Source of the DNA: an uncultured Methanosarcinales archaeon
GTDB taxonomy: Archaea; Nanobdellota; Nanobdellia; Woesearchaeales; CAZYIM01
Reading direction: 5' to 3'
Assembly (NCBI GenBank): GCA_964647565.1
Contig: CAZYIM010000016.1
Location: 1-57,539 of the forward strand
DNA: 57,539 nt
The position numbers were made by a program, and so were the translations under genes. Below the pieces are notes generated by a model that had not been told where the DNA came from, did no database searches, and saw nothing but the letters and a program-made list of their open reading frames with translations. Positions 36,122 through 46,196 of the stretch are shown here, piece after piece (within the stretch, counting starts at the first letter, position 1; each line of letters starts with the position of its first letter).

Positions 36122-37909
36122 TTACAGTTCTTTGACAATCCGCTGAGCTGTTTGTCCATCTCTTGAGAACAGATAGTCTTTTATGAATTTCTTTCTACCC
36201 TCCTTTAATTTTTCCTGTATTTTTACATCATGTAGAATACTTGTGATAGCTGTTCTTATTTCTTCAATCTCATTAGCAAACAAGGCAGCTTCATACTGTT
36301 TGAATGGGATGGGGAATATCTGGTCATCCTGAATTAAAAGAACAGGAGTGTCGAAGATCATAGATTCTATGTCTACACTTGAGCCTGGGCTGATTAGAAG
36401 ATCTGCTGCTGGCAACAACTGTCTAAGATCAACATCACGCTGGATCATTATATTTTCATAGTTTAGATCATAGAAATTTGTGAATTTTTTCACCATACCG
36501 TTAGGATGTACCTTGACAAAAAGGAATAGATCCTTGTTTTTTTTAACAATCTCTATTAATTTATCAATTCTTCCAACATTGTAGAGGGGTCTGGCTGCAG
36601 TGACATAAACAAGTAGTTTCTTGTTAGTTGGGATGCCCAGTTTATTTCTAAGTTTTTTCTTAGTTTCATGTTTATTAGCCATCTTAAAATAGCTGTCGTA
36701 TCTTGGTTGGCCTACGGTTCGTATATTCTCTGCAGGATAATTGCATTTTTCAATTAGTATCTGTTTTGCATAACTGCCCCCTACAAAGCTGATGTCAGGA
36801 ATGGGTCTCCAGAGCGGACTGCTCTTTTTCTTATTATCTTCCTTGATGTGAGTTGCCACGCAACCAGGATAGATTAGTTCATATTGTAATGCTGCGACTT
36901 GGCATTTATGCTGTTTTGCGTTGATCATAAATCCTTTCCCATAAAAATTATCAGGATGATCCAGCAGTATCAAATCTGGCTTACGGACAATTAATATCCT
37001 TTGCGTGGTGGCTAGACAGTCACCAATCTCATAGCTGAATGCATTGAATACAAATCTGAACCTGTTTTCAACCAGATCGAAAAATTTGATGCCTTTATAT
37101 TCGCAGCTGTCTCTGAATGCTTGGGATAATAGCAGTTGTTTACCCTTTTTCTTAAGAAACTGCCTTACCTCTTCCATTTGCCGAAATGTTTTAAGATTAT
37201 AATACTGCCCAAAAAAGCTCTTGGTATCGTCGCCTTTTTTCATTATATTCAAAATATTCTTCCAACTATGGAACGCCCAAAGCCTATCATAAATAAGAAG
37301 TTCATTGTCCCTGTTTTTACTGTTTAATTCTTTTATGACATCACCAAATATGTAATTGTCCTCGTTTTTTTTCTTTGAGAACTGATCTGAAGACATGGCT
37401 ATTATTCTAATACAGGCTTTGTTTTTATTTTCAATGGTTGATTTTAACATCATCCTTAAGATGAGTCTGCCTTTCAAAAGAAAGTATTCTCTGTTATATT
37501 GATGCAAGACAGGATTAAATTTTTTTTCATTGACAACTTTTATGCCTTGTTGTTTAAATACTCGTTTCATTAGCTCTGCCTTGAATTTATTCTTCAGCAC
37601 TAACTTTACTGTCCGGGGTTTTAGAGTGTTGATGATTTTAAGAGTTGAATCTGTCCAGGAATAGATTTCGCTGAATGCAGGAGCATCTCTTACTTTCATA
37701 GTGCCCCACATGAAGAAATAGTCCATCAAATACCACAGGGTTTGGCCTTTGTAGATGAGCTTGTTTTTAATACCGCTTTTCTTAGCCCACCTTTGGACTT
37801 CTGTAAGATTATAGCCTTCTGAGGAACCACCTGGGTATCTTTCTCCAAAATGCCGCATAGGGATTTTTTTACCGCCCTTAATAATCTCTTCATCATTGAT
37901 TAGAATCAT
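36122..37909 (-). CDS. GT-B-like surface-carbohydrate transferase (glycerophosphotransferase/KpsS-like C-terminus); candidate nonulosonate transferase
   Basis: IRTVGQPRYD, FVKVHP, ADLLIS..SSV..ES..FDTPV, DGQTAQRI. Confidence 0.6.
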   Translation of the reverse strand: MILINDEEIIKGGKKIPMRHFGERYPGGSSEGYNLTEVQRWAKKSGIKNKLIYKGQTLWYLMDYFFMWGTMKVRDAPAFSEIYSWTDSTLKIINTLKPRTVKLVLKNKFKAELMKRVFKQQGIKVVNEKKFNPVLHQYNREYFLLKGRLILRMMLKSTIENKNKACIRIIAMSSDQFSKKKNEDNYIFGDVIKELNSKNRDNELLIYDRLWAFHSWKNILNIMKKGDDTKSFFGQYYNLKTFRQMEEVRQFLKKKGKQLLLSQAFRDSCEYKGIKFFDLVENRFRFVFNAFSYEIGDCLATTQRILIVRKPDLILLDHPDNFYGKGFMINAKQHKCQVAALQYELIYPGCVATHIKEDNKKKSSPLWRPIPDISFVGGSYAKQILIEKCNYPAENIRTVGQPRYDSYFKMANKHETKKKLRNKLGIPTNKKLLVYVTAARPLYNVGRIDKLIEIVKKNKDLFLFVKVHPNGMVKKFTNFYDLNYENIMIQRDVDLRQLLPAADLLISPGSSVDIESMIFDTPVLLIQDDQIFPIPFKQYEAALFANEIEEIRTAITSILHDVKIQEKLKEGRKKFIKDYLFSRDGQTAQRIVKEL

Positions 37910-37928
37910 TTGAGTTGGGAAATTTGTT

Positions 37929-38813
37929 CTATATTTTTAGTTTATCGATTATTGATCCTATTTGTTGATCTCGAGGTCTTGTCTGGCTGTTATATTTTTT
38001 ATTATCCACCGTGAACCAAGGTATCTCAACCAGCTCATTGATATGGATTGCTTCTGGGTGAAAATAAATTCCTTTTTCTCCAAAGGCTTCGCCATGGTCG
38101 GCACTTATGACAACACGTCCATTCAGATGAGGCAATAATTTTTTATCAATCTCATCAAGAACCAATCTTAGATTTTCTCTCCAGGCTGCTTTTACTTCCT
38201 TGACATCCAGATCTCCGAAGAGTAAATTATCCTCGATCTCGAACATGGTTTTCTTGAGTTCAGGATTTTTTATATTGGGGCTGATGAATGGTGCATGTGG
38301 TTGCAGATAATGGATGATTATCCTCTTATTAGGGTATTTAGCTGCCATTTTAAGAGCAGTTTGGGTCATTTCTTTAGGCGGGACAGAGTTTAACTTCTCA
38401 TCCCACCCCGAACCCCATACCTTCTCTACTTTAAAGAATAATTGATTATCAAAGATATGTTTCATTATAGTTTGGGACATCTGTGGGTTGGCAGTGATGT
38501 AAATGATGTCCTCATGTCTCTTGGTGAAGTTCTTTCTTATCCATTCAGGCGTATTGGAGCCAGCAGATATTTTCTTTCTCAGAATACCTTGCAGTTTGCT
38601 CATCCTCTTGAATTCATCAAATCTGCAGGCATCCAAGATAACCAGATATTTCCAGTCTTCCTCAACAATCCTGATGCCCTTATGCTTTATCAGCTTAAAG
38701 ATCAGTCTTAGACTGTTCTCATAGATACCTCTGAGAATCCTTTTAGGCAGATAAGGATCTTTTTTCTTTATGAACATCTTCAATAGCCTGAATTTCTTGA
38801 TAATAGCATTCAT
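37929..38813 (-). CDS. Alkaline-phosphatase/sulfatase-superfamily protein
   Basis: LVILDACRFD, SAGSNTPEW, HYLQPHAPF, ISADHGEAFGE..H. Confidence 0.82.
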   Translation of the reverse strand: MNAIIKKFRLLKMFIKKKDPYLPKRILRGIYENSLRLIFKLIKHKGIRIVEEDWKYLVILDACRFDEFKRMSKLQGILRKKISAGSNTPEWIRKNFTKRHEDIIYITANPQMSQTIMKHIFDNQLFFKVEKVWGSGWDEKLNSVPPKEMTQTALKMAAKYPNKRIIIHYLQPHAPFISPNIKNPELKKTMFEIEDNLLFGDLDVKEVKAAWRENLRLVLDEIDKKLLPHLNGRVVISADHGEAFGEKGIYFHPEAIHINELVEIPWFTVDNKKYNSQTRPRDQQIGSIIDKLKI

Positions 38814-39892
38814 CTTTTATTTTTCCTCTTTGTCAACTCACGATATGTTTTGATCAGTTCTTTTGACCAGTTTTTAATATTGTAGTTGTCAATGATTTTC
38901 TTTTGGGAAAAGTTCCCCATTTTTATTCTTAGCTCTTTATTCTCAAGCAGCTGTTTAAGATAGTTAAACCAATCATTATTGTCTTTAGCAAGGAATCCGT
39001 CCTTTTCATGACTGACCACTTGTTGATTCATTCCGACAGGGGATACTATAACAGGAATACCCAGTGACATGAATTGTATTGCCTTAAAGGCACATTTGCA
39101 TCTGGCCCATTCATCATCCTCAAGAGGCATTAGTCCAATTGTGCATTTTGACATCTCTTTAAGATAGCTCTCTAGGCTCCATTTTACATTTATAACGTTT
39201 AATTTTTTATCTGTAGGAATATAGGATTTGTTACATATAACCCTGATATCGAATTTGAATTTCTTGCTGAGTTCAGATAGTGCAGGTTCAATCTGCCTAA
39301 GATATTTTAAATTGCCAGATGTTCCAATCCATCCCAGCACCAAGTCATCATAGCTTTTCTTTCTGTAACTACCATATATGTTGAAGTCAATAATAGTAGG
39401 AATGATCTTAATTGTCTTATTGAATTTTTTAGAATAATCTTCAAGATAATTGTTGCCTACAATAACAAGATCTGCTCTCTTAGTAAGGGTAGCAGTCTTA
39501 CTGCCATAAAATGGCATTAGATAAATTGCATCATCGTATTCCACTATGACTGGTTTGTCTATTATCTTCAATATTAATATTTCAAGAAATGATGGCAGCA
39601 TAGGAAGCAGGTCATATTCCAAATGGATGATGTTGCTATTAATGGCCTTGCTTAGGCTAAAGAATCGTTTCAGATAAACGTAGGGGAAATATGCCGCCAG
39701 GAACAGGGCTTTTATCAATCCTTTTTTACCGAGTGCATATTTGAAATAAGCATCTCCAAAAAATGGAGTATAGTTGATGTTTATGCCTTCTTTTTCCAGA
39801 TATGATTGATACTGATAAAACCTGTATCTTGTACTAGGACCTACCTTTGAGTACCTTACAAACGCACATACTTTTATGCTAGATTTCTTCAT
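38810..39892 (-). CDS. Glycosyltransferase family 4
   Basis: PSTRYR..QY, EYDDAIY, GWIG, IGLMPL..KCAFK..QFMSLGIPVI. Start placed at ATG 39892. Confidence 0.88.
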   Translation of the reverse strand: MKKSSIKVCAFVRYSKVGPSTRYRFYQYQSYLEKEGININYTPFFGDAYFKYALGKKGLIKALFLAAYFPYVYLKRFFSLSKAINSNIIHLEYDLLPMLPSFLEILILKIIDKPVIVEYDDAIYLMPFYGSKTATLTKRADLVIVGNNYLEDYSKKFNKTIKIIPTIIDFNIYGSYRKKSYDDLVLGWIGTSGNLKYLRQIEPALSELSKKFKFDIRVICNKSYIPTDKKLNVINVKWSLESYLKEMSKCTIGLMPLEDDEWARCKCAFKAIQFMSLGIPVIVSPVGMNQQVVSHEKDGFLAKDNNDWFNYLKQLLENKELRIKMGNFSQKKIIDNYNIKNWSKELIKTYRELTKRKNKR

Positions 39893-41018
39893 AGAGTTTT
39901 TCATATTGCGATAGCACATGCTTCCAGTCATAATGCTTTATCTGTTGATATGCCTCTTCTGCAAAGCTCTTTCTAAGTGAATTTTCTTTTATCAATCTTA
40001 AAATCTTTTCTGAGAAATCATCAACATCATCAATTTTACATAAAAATCCAGATTTACCATCTTGAATCAGATCTGTGGTACAGGGGATGTCTGTAGTTAC
40101 AACTGGCAATTTGAAGACCATAGATTCCATCACAACTCCAGGCAGGCCTTCGCCTCGGGAAGGGAAGAAGAAGATATCTGCGGATTTATAGAAATCCTTT
40201 ACATCCCTTCTAAATCCTGTAAAAATAATTCGATTAATCAGACCTAATTTTTTTGCTAGTACTTCGAATTCCTGTCTGCATGGTCCATCGCCTACAATAA
40301 TTGTTTTTATATTATGTTTGACCAGTCTTTTTGTAGTTTTGAGGATTATATCTACTCCTTTTCTTGAGTTCAGCAGACCGACATAGAGCAATATCTTGGT
40401 CTTGTCTGAGATATTGCATTCTTTTCTTATATCCTTGGATGCAGATTTTTTAGATAATGAGATGCCTGTGGGGATGACCTGGATCTTATTAGGAGAAACT
40501 CCTGCCTTTAATGCATACTTTACCAAGCTTCGTCCATATAAAGTGATTTTATCGGGTTTCTTGAAGATTAACCATCCGAACATCTTATTCCATTTCACGA
40601 ACAAGTTATCCATTTTCTTTCCTATGCTGAAGCTGTAACCAGGCAGAGTATCCATGGTAAGGATTAACTTTTTTCTGGGATAAAATAGTTTCATAAAGAT
40701 AATTGCAAGGTTAGTGAGATAATACGGTACCCACATATGGATTATATCATATTTACTCAATATCTTAAAGACATTGATTTTGAACATGGGAGTTATGGGG
40801 AAAGGTTGTTCCATTTTGAAGAAAAGGTTACTGGTTGAATAGGTGTATACCTTTGCTTTTTTTACCCTGCTGTAATGTGAAGAATCATCAAGCTTGGCAA
40901 AAGCCTTTTTTGGAATAAGTAACCCGAGTTCATAACTATCACCAAGATTCGCGATAAGTTCGGCAATTGGGCGTTTGAGAAGAACTGTGGGATTTACATA
41001 GCAGATCTTTTTTTTCAT
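39879..41018 (-). CDS. Glycosyltransferase family 4
   Basis: YVGLLNSRKG, VGDGP, PSRGEGLPGVVMESM (Ex7E). Confidence 0.9.
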   Translation of the reverse strand: MKKKICYVNPTVLLKRPIAELIANLGDSYELGLLIPKKAFAKLDDSSHYSRVKKAKVYTYSTSNLFFKMEQPFPITPMFKINVFKILSKYDIIHMWVPYYLTNLAIIFMKLFYPRKKLILTMDTLPGYSFSIGKKMDNLFVKWNKMFGWLIFKKPDKITLYGRSLVKYALKAGVSPNKIQVIPTGISLSKKSASKDIRKECNISDKTKILLYVGLLNSRKGVDIILKTTKRLVKHNIKTIIVGDGPCRQEFEVLAKKLGLINRIIFTGFRRDVKDFYKSADIFFFPSRGEGLPGVVMESMVFKLPVVTTDIPCTTDLIQDGKSGFLCKIDDVDDFSEKILRLIKENSLRKSFAEEAYQQIKHYDWKHVLSQYEKLYEEI

Positions 41019-41371
41019 TGTTTTTTCTGTTTTTCTTTCTTTGGATTTTCTATTGCTACTTTCCTTACAAGTTTAGTTAAATTCTCCTCCACATTCCTAT
41101 GATATACATAGAGTCTGAATACCATATAGAAAAGCACAACTATACTGATTGCCATGATAAAATCCATTCCCCTACCTATACCAATCAGGTTTGAGATTCT
41201 AGAGGTAACATTAGGGATGAATGCAAAAACTATTGCAGCCACCCAGATGACTATCCAGAAAATTTCCTGCGAAAGCTTGATTTGTTTATCTCTTGCCCTT
41301 AATATAACTCTTGATATTGCAAAGACACTAAACAATAGCACAAAAAATTGAATTGGTAACATAAATATCAC
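41015..41371 (-). CDS. DUF2304-like small membrane protein
   Basis: Three TM helices, IGIGRGMD, C-terminal LTKLVRKVAI. Start uncertain (GTG 41371 or ATG 41362). Confidence 0.8.
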   Translation of the reverse strand: MIFMLPIQFFVLLFSVFAISRVILRARDKQIKLSQEIFWIVIWVAAIVFAFIPNVTSRISNLIGIGRGMDFIMAISIVVLFYMVFRLYVYHRNVEENLTKLVRKVAIENPKKEKQKKQ

Positions 41372-41429
41372 CCATTTATAATATTGTCTTAGGCTATATA
41401 AATTTTGTTTTTTTTTAATTATGACGAGA

Positions 41430-41444
41430 CGAAAAATATATAAA
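41430..41444 (+). promoter_or_regulatory. BRE/TATA promoter of aglB
   Basis: CGAAAAATATATAAA, followed by a GAGGGGG RBS before ATG 41477. Confidence 0.7.
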
Positions 41445-41476
41445 CGCGCTACAGTCTCTGATGCTTGAGGGGGAAA

Positions 41477-44400
41477 ATGGCTAAGAAGAAATCTGACGTT
41501 GATGATGTATCACTTGATTTTGGGAAACTTAAGAAGATTTTTCAGAAGAAAAAAACTAAAACAGAGAGTTCAACCCCTGGGCATGAGGACAAAGAGACTG
41601 AAGAGTTCAAGGTCGACATTTCTAAAGCCAGATCTTTTTTCTCTCACAAAGCAGTAATTGTTACTGTCTTGATTGTTATCGCTTTATTCTTTAGCGTTTA
41701 TTTCAGACTGTATTCCTTAAACCTTCCAGTTACAGATGATTGGGCCAGAAATTCTCTTGTTTCTAGCATTCAGAATCAGGTAGTCGCTGAAATTAATACA
41801 AAATATCCGAATCTACCATCTGCCAATAAACAAGAACTGATCAATAAGCAGTTGAATGTGTTCATGGAGCAAAACCAAGCTGAATTTGATAAGCAGGTAG
41901 AAGGAACTTCAGCATATTTCAAACAACAGTTGCAAGATGCAAGCGGGCAGACTTACCTTCTTGCCATTGATCCTTATCACCATCTGAGAAGAGTTGAGAA
42001 TCTTGTTAAATTGGGCACGATTTGTGACAAGATTGAAGATGGCAATTGCATTGATGATCACAAGTATGCACCTCTTGGTGAGATTACTAAACCTGGATTG
42101 CATGAGTATATTGGCTTAATCATGTATAAGGTTGTCAATTTCTTTGATAGTAACTCAACTCCAAAACAGGTTTTCTTCTTTTTACCGATACTCATATCTG
42201 CATTATCAGTCATTCCTGCTTTCTTTATTGTGAGACGACGGGCTGGCAACTTTGGTGGGTTTGTAGCTGCGCTTGTCGTGGGCGTACATCCATATTTCCT
42301 TGGTAGAACTGCAGGAGGGTTTTCTGATACTGACGCTTACAACGTCTTATTTCCGCTGTTGATAACCTGGATTTTCTTAGAAGCATTTGAATCTAGAAAC
42401 CTTAGATCCCGAATCATTCTATCTTCAGTTGGAGGCCTTTTTGTAGGGTTATACTATTATGCTTGGGCAGCAGGATGGTGGTATATCTTTGATATGATTA
42501 TAGCTGTTTTAATATTATATATTGGCTATTCAATATTGAAATTCTTCCTTCAAAAACAAGTACATAAAACTGCTTTTAAAAGAAATATGAAGAATACTTT
42601 GATTGTCTTATTTGTTTTTATACTAGCCTCAGGTATTTTCATTACCATGTTTTCAGGAGACGCAGGAAGATTTGGTACTTTTATAACAGGTCCACTAAGT
42701 AGAACTACGTTGAAAGCAGCTGCTAAGGAGAATTTATGGCCGAATGTTTTTACAACTGTTGCCGAATTAAATGCAGCTTCGGTTCCTGCTGTTATTAATA
42801 ATATCGGTGGGAAACTTTACTTCTTTATTGCATGTCTTGGTCTTGTTCTTACATTCCTAAGTAAGGAGAAGATTTACAAAAAGGATTGGTATGTTCTCAG
42901 TTTTGGCATAATTGTCTTAGTTTTATTGGTAACCAACAATTTCATGAATTTCGTACCTATATACTATTTAACAATACTTATGCTGCCAGTAGCATTTGCA
43001 GCCCTGTTATATCTGCGTGACGACAGAGATATTGATATTAAATTCGCATTATTATTCGTAATATGGTTTGGGGGCACTATCTATATGAGTATTCAGGGTG
43101 TAAGGTTTATCTTGCTTTTAGTGCCAGCATTTGCTGTAGCATTTGGCGTTTCTCTCGGACTTATTTTCAATATGCTTTCAAAATTACTAATTAAAGAGTT
43201 CAATTTCAACCAGATTGTTGTGAAGGTAGTGCTAATTGTCGTACTATGTCTTTTCTTATTCAATCCTATTGTTACAAGTGCCCAAACACCTATGCAGCAA
43301 GCTCATCGAGCGGCTAGAGGTGAGGTTCCAAGTATGAATGATGCCTGGTGGGCTGCACTTACAGCTGTACGGCAAAACTCATCAGAAGCCGCGATTCTTA
43401 ATAGCTGGTGGGATTTTGGCCATTGGTTCAAATATATTGCTGACAGGTCTGTCACTTTTGACGGAGCTTCACAGAACTCTCCAATGGCTCATTGGATCGG
43501 ACATACATTGCTCACGAATGATGAAGATAAGGCAGTAGCCATCTTGAGGATGCTTGATTGTGGAAGCAATTCTGCTTTTGAAGAAGTGAACAAGAAATAT
43601 AATGATACTTTAACCTCTGTTAATATTGTATATGATATTATCCAACAAGATAAAGACGATGCTGAAGATTATCTTAAGGATGAAGATTTTTCAAAGTCTC
43701 AGATAAAAGAAATCCTCAAAGTCACGCATTGTGATCCGCCTGAAAACTTCTTTATTACAAGCCAGGATATGGTTGGTAAGTCAGGTGTTTGGGGTCATTT
43801 TGGATCCTGGAGTTTTAAGAGGGCATTTATCTATAACATGATTAAAAAAGATGGAGCTTCTCAAGCTGAGGCAGTCGAGACCATGATGGACAGATTTGAT
43901 TATTCTGAAGATGAGGCCGTCAAGATATATTTTGATGTACAGGCACTAATTACAGACAGAGATGGCAATACCTGGATATCTGGCTGGCCAGGCTATCTTT
44001 CAAATCTTCAGCCATGCAGACTTGCTAAGAATTCCAGCAGAGTCGATTGCCCAATGAGCATAGGTGTTGGCCAACAGAATCAGGTTAACTTTGTTGTTGA
44101 AGCTGTGCATGTTGATTTATCAGATATTAAGAGCACCACCATGACTATGGGTGTATATGATATGACAACAGGAGTTCGTATCGAGCAGCAGAGTATAGTG
44201 CCAAATGCTATTGGCGTATCTACTTCAGATGGTATTGAAATCCTTAATTTAGATGGTTCGAATTTTGCTTATAATGTGCTCTTTCACCAAACCGAATCAG
44301 GTTTCAGTGCCATGGTGATGGATCCTATTTTTACAGGAGGTTTGTTCACAAGGCTTTTCTATCTGGAAGGAGAAGGTTTAAATCATTTTGAGAAATTTTG

Positions 44401-44524
44401 GGATGGTAGGAGTGTAACTGGTGATAGGATAATCGTCTGGAAAGTTAATTGGGAAGGTAAAAATGTAGAAGATGTTGATGATGAATCGACATCTCCATTA
44501 ATCACTTTGAGTGAAAGTCCTTAA
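41477..44524 (+). CDS. aglB: Oligosaccharyltransferase STT3/AglB
   Basis: DPYHHLR, DTD (DxD), TVAE (TIXE-like), RF, SWWDFGH (WWDYG-like), DGASQ, DMVGK (DK motif); many TM helices. Confidence 0.95.
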   Translation: MAKKKSDVDDVSLDFGKLKKIFQKKKTKTESSTPGHEDKETEEFKVDISKARSFFSHKAVIVTVLIVIALFFSVYFRLYSLNLPVTDDWARNSLVSSIQNQVVAEINTKYPNLPSANKQELINKQLNVFMEQNQAEFDKQVEGTSAYFKQQLQDASGQTYLLAIDPYHHLRRVENLVKLGTICDKIEDGNCIDDHKYAPLGEITKPGLHEYIGLIMYKVVNFFDSNSTPKQVFFFLPILISALSVIPAFFIVRRRAGNFGGFVAALVVGVHPYFLGRTAGGFSDTDAYNVLFPLLITWIFLEAFESRNLRSRIILSSVGGLFVGLYYYAWAAGWWYIFDMIIAVLILYIGYSILKFFLQKQVHKTAFKRNMKNTLIVLFVFILASGIFITMFSGDAGRFGTFITGPLSRTTLKAAAKENLWPNVFTTVAELNAASVPAVINNIGGKLYFFIACLGLVLTFLSKEKIYKKDWYVLSFGIIVLVLLVTNNFMNFVPIYYLTILMLPVAFAALLYLRDDRDIDIKFALLFVIWFGGTIYMSIQGVRFILLLVPAFAVAFGVSLGLIFNMLSKLLIKEFNFNQIVVKVVLIVVLCLFLFNPIVTSAQTPMQQAHRAARGEVPSMNDAWWAALTAVRQNSSEAAILNSWWDFGHWFKYIADRSVTFDGASQNSPMAHWIGHTLLTNDEDKAVAILRMLDCGSNSAFEEVNKKYNDTLTSVNIVYDIIQQDKDDAEDYLKDEDFSKSQIKEILKVTHCDPPENFFITSQDMVGKSGVWGHFGSWSFKRAFIYNMIKKDGASQAEAVETMMDRFDYSEDEAVKIYFDVQALITDRDGNTWISGWPGYLSNLQPCRLAKNSSRVDCPMSIGVGQQNQVNFVVEAVHVDLSDIKSTTMTMGVYDMTTGVRIEQQSIVPNAIGVSTSDGIEILNLDGSNFAYNVLFHQTESGFSAMVMDPIFTGGLFTRLFYLEGEGLNHFEKFWDGRSVTGDRIIVWKVNWEGKNVEDVDDESTSPLITLSESP

Positions 44525-44528
44525 TTTC

Positions 44529-45485
44529 ATGATATCCAAAGAAATTCTTGTTACGGGTGGTGCAGGTTTTATTGGATCGCACTTTTGTGAGCTCTTACTA
44601 TCTAAAGGATATTCTGTTATCTGTGTCGATAATTTCAACGACTACTACAATCCTGCACTAAAGAGAAAAAATATAGCTTCATTCAGTACTAAGAGCCATT
44701 TTACTCTTTATGAAATTGATATTCGCAATCCTGAAATCAAAGAAATATTTGAGAAACATGACATTAAAACCATAGTGCATCTTGCTGCCCGGGCAGGAGT
44801 AAGAGCGTCTATTGAACATCCTATGTTATATGAGGCTGTGAATATTAAGGGGACATTAAATCTATTGGAAATGGCTCTGCAGTTTTCAATAAAACATTTC
44901 ATTTTTGCATCATCATCAAGTGTTTATGGATCAAGAAAACAAGTGCCCTTTTCTGAGACTGATGATGTAAGCAAACCTATAAGTCCTTATGCAGCGACTA
45001 AGAGGGCTGGCGAGATGCTTTGCCACACATATCATCATCTTTATAATATCAACATTAGTTGTCTGAGATTTTTTACTGTTTACGGTCCCAGAGGCAGACC
45101 AGATATGGCACCTTTTATTTTTACTAAGAATATATTTGAGAATAAACCAATCCCTGTTTTTGGTGATGGAACTGCTAAAAGAGATTTTACCTTTGTTAAG
45201 GATATAATAAATGGTATTTATGCAGCGATGAGCAACAACAAAGGTTATGAGATATTCAATCTAGGTAACTCAAAGACAGTCGAGCTTAGTTATTTCATCT
45301 CTTTACTTGAGAAATACATAGGAAAAAAAGCCAAGATCAAAAGGTTGCCGCCTCAACCGGGTGATGTGCCAATAACTTTTGCCGACTTAAAGAAGTCAAA
45401 ACAAATGCTTGGATATGATCCTCAGACCTCAATAGAAACGGGTCTTAAAATATTTGTTGATTGGTATAGAAAGCATCATTTATGA
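44529..45485 (+). CDS. NAD-dependent epimerase, UDP-glucuronate 4-epimerase-like
   Basis: TGGAGFIG, HLAARAGVR, ASSSSVYG, PISPYAATK, RFFTVYGPRGRPDMA. Confidence 0.9.
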   Translation: MISKEILVTGGAGFIGSHFCELLLSKGYSVICVDNFNDYYNPALKRKNIASFSTKSHFTLYEIDIRNPEIKEIFEKHDIKTIVHLAARAGVRASIEHPMLYEAVNIKGTLNLLEMALQFSIKHFIFASSSSVYGSRKQVPFSETDDVSKPISPYAATKRAGEMLCHTYHHLYNINISCLRFFTVYGPRGRPDMAPFIFTKNIFENKPIPVFGDGTAKRDFTFVKDIINGIYAAMSNNKGYEIFNLGNSKTVELSYFISLLEKYIGKKAKIKRLPPQPGDVPITFADLKKSKQMLGYDPQTSIETGLKIFVDWYRKHHL

Positions 45486-45488
45486 TTT

Positions 45489-46196
45489 TTACTTTTTCTT
45501 GAGATAGGCTTCGACTTTTTCCAGTCTGTCTGGTGTGCCCATGTCTTTAAGATAGTCATCAGTCATATAGGCATAGATTTTTTCCTTGCTTTCAAGCAAT
45601 TTTGGAAATATATGCTTTTCAATGATTGAGAATTCATCCTTAACAATATAATTTAGGATAGACGGATCCATGATAAATGCGCCTGCATTTACTATATTTT
45701 CGAACTTGACATCTTTGCCGGGTTTGTGTAGAAAATCCTTCACCTGCCAGTTTTTATCTACAACAATAACATCACTGTCATGAGGATGGTCGGAGGGGTG
45801 CACAACAATAGACATGATTCCTTTTTTTTGATTATGAAACTTAACGAATTTTTCAATGTTCAGTTCATTCATAACATCTCCTTGAAAGACAAGGAAAGGC
45901 TCTGTAAGTAATTCTGGACTAATGTTAGTCAATGCGCCTGCAGTGCCTAATGGCTTGTCCTCATTGGAGTGGGTAATATTAACGCCCCATTTGCTACCAT
46001 CTCCGAAATAATCCCCGATTGCCTTGTGTAAGTAGCCATTACAAAGAATGATTTCCTTTATTCCATGTTTCTTTGCAGTCTCAATTATATGCTCGAGTAT
46101 AGGTTTTCCTCCAACAGGGATCATTGGCTTCGGGATATCTTTTGTCATGGGTCCCAATCTTGCCCCTTTTCCGCCAGTCATGATTACTAGTTTCAT
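45489..46196 (-). CDS. Sugar-1-phosphate nucleotidyltransferase (HddC-like)
   Basis: GGKGARL..PKPM, EDKPLGTAG, GD, DMGTP; last gene of the heptose operon. Confidence 0.85.
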   Translation of the reverse strand: MKLVIMTGGKGARLGPMTKDIPKPMIPVGGKPILEHIIETAKKHGIKEIILCNGYLHKAIGDYFGDGSKWGVNITHSNEDKPLGTAGALTNISPELLTEPFLVFQGDVMNELNIEKFVKFHNQKKGIMSIVVHPSDHPHDSDVIVVDKNWQVKDFLHKPGKDVKFENIVNAGAFIMDPSILNYIVKDEFSIIEKHIFPKLLESKEKIYAYMTDDYLKDMGTPDRLEKVEAYLKKK

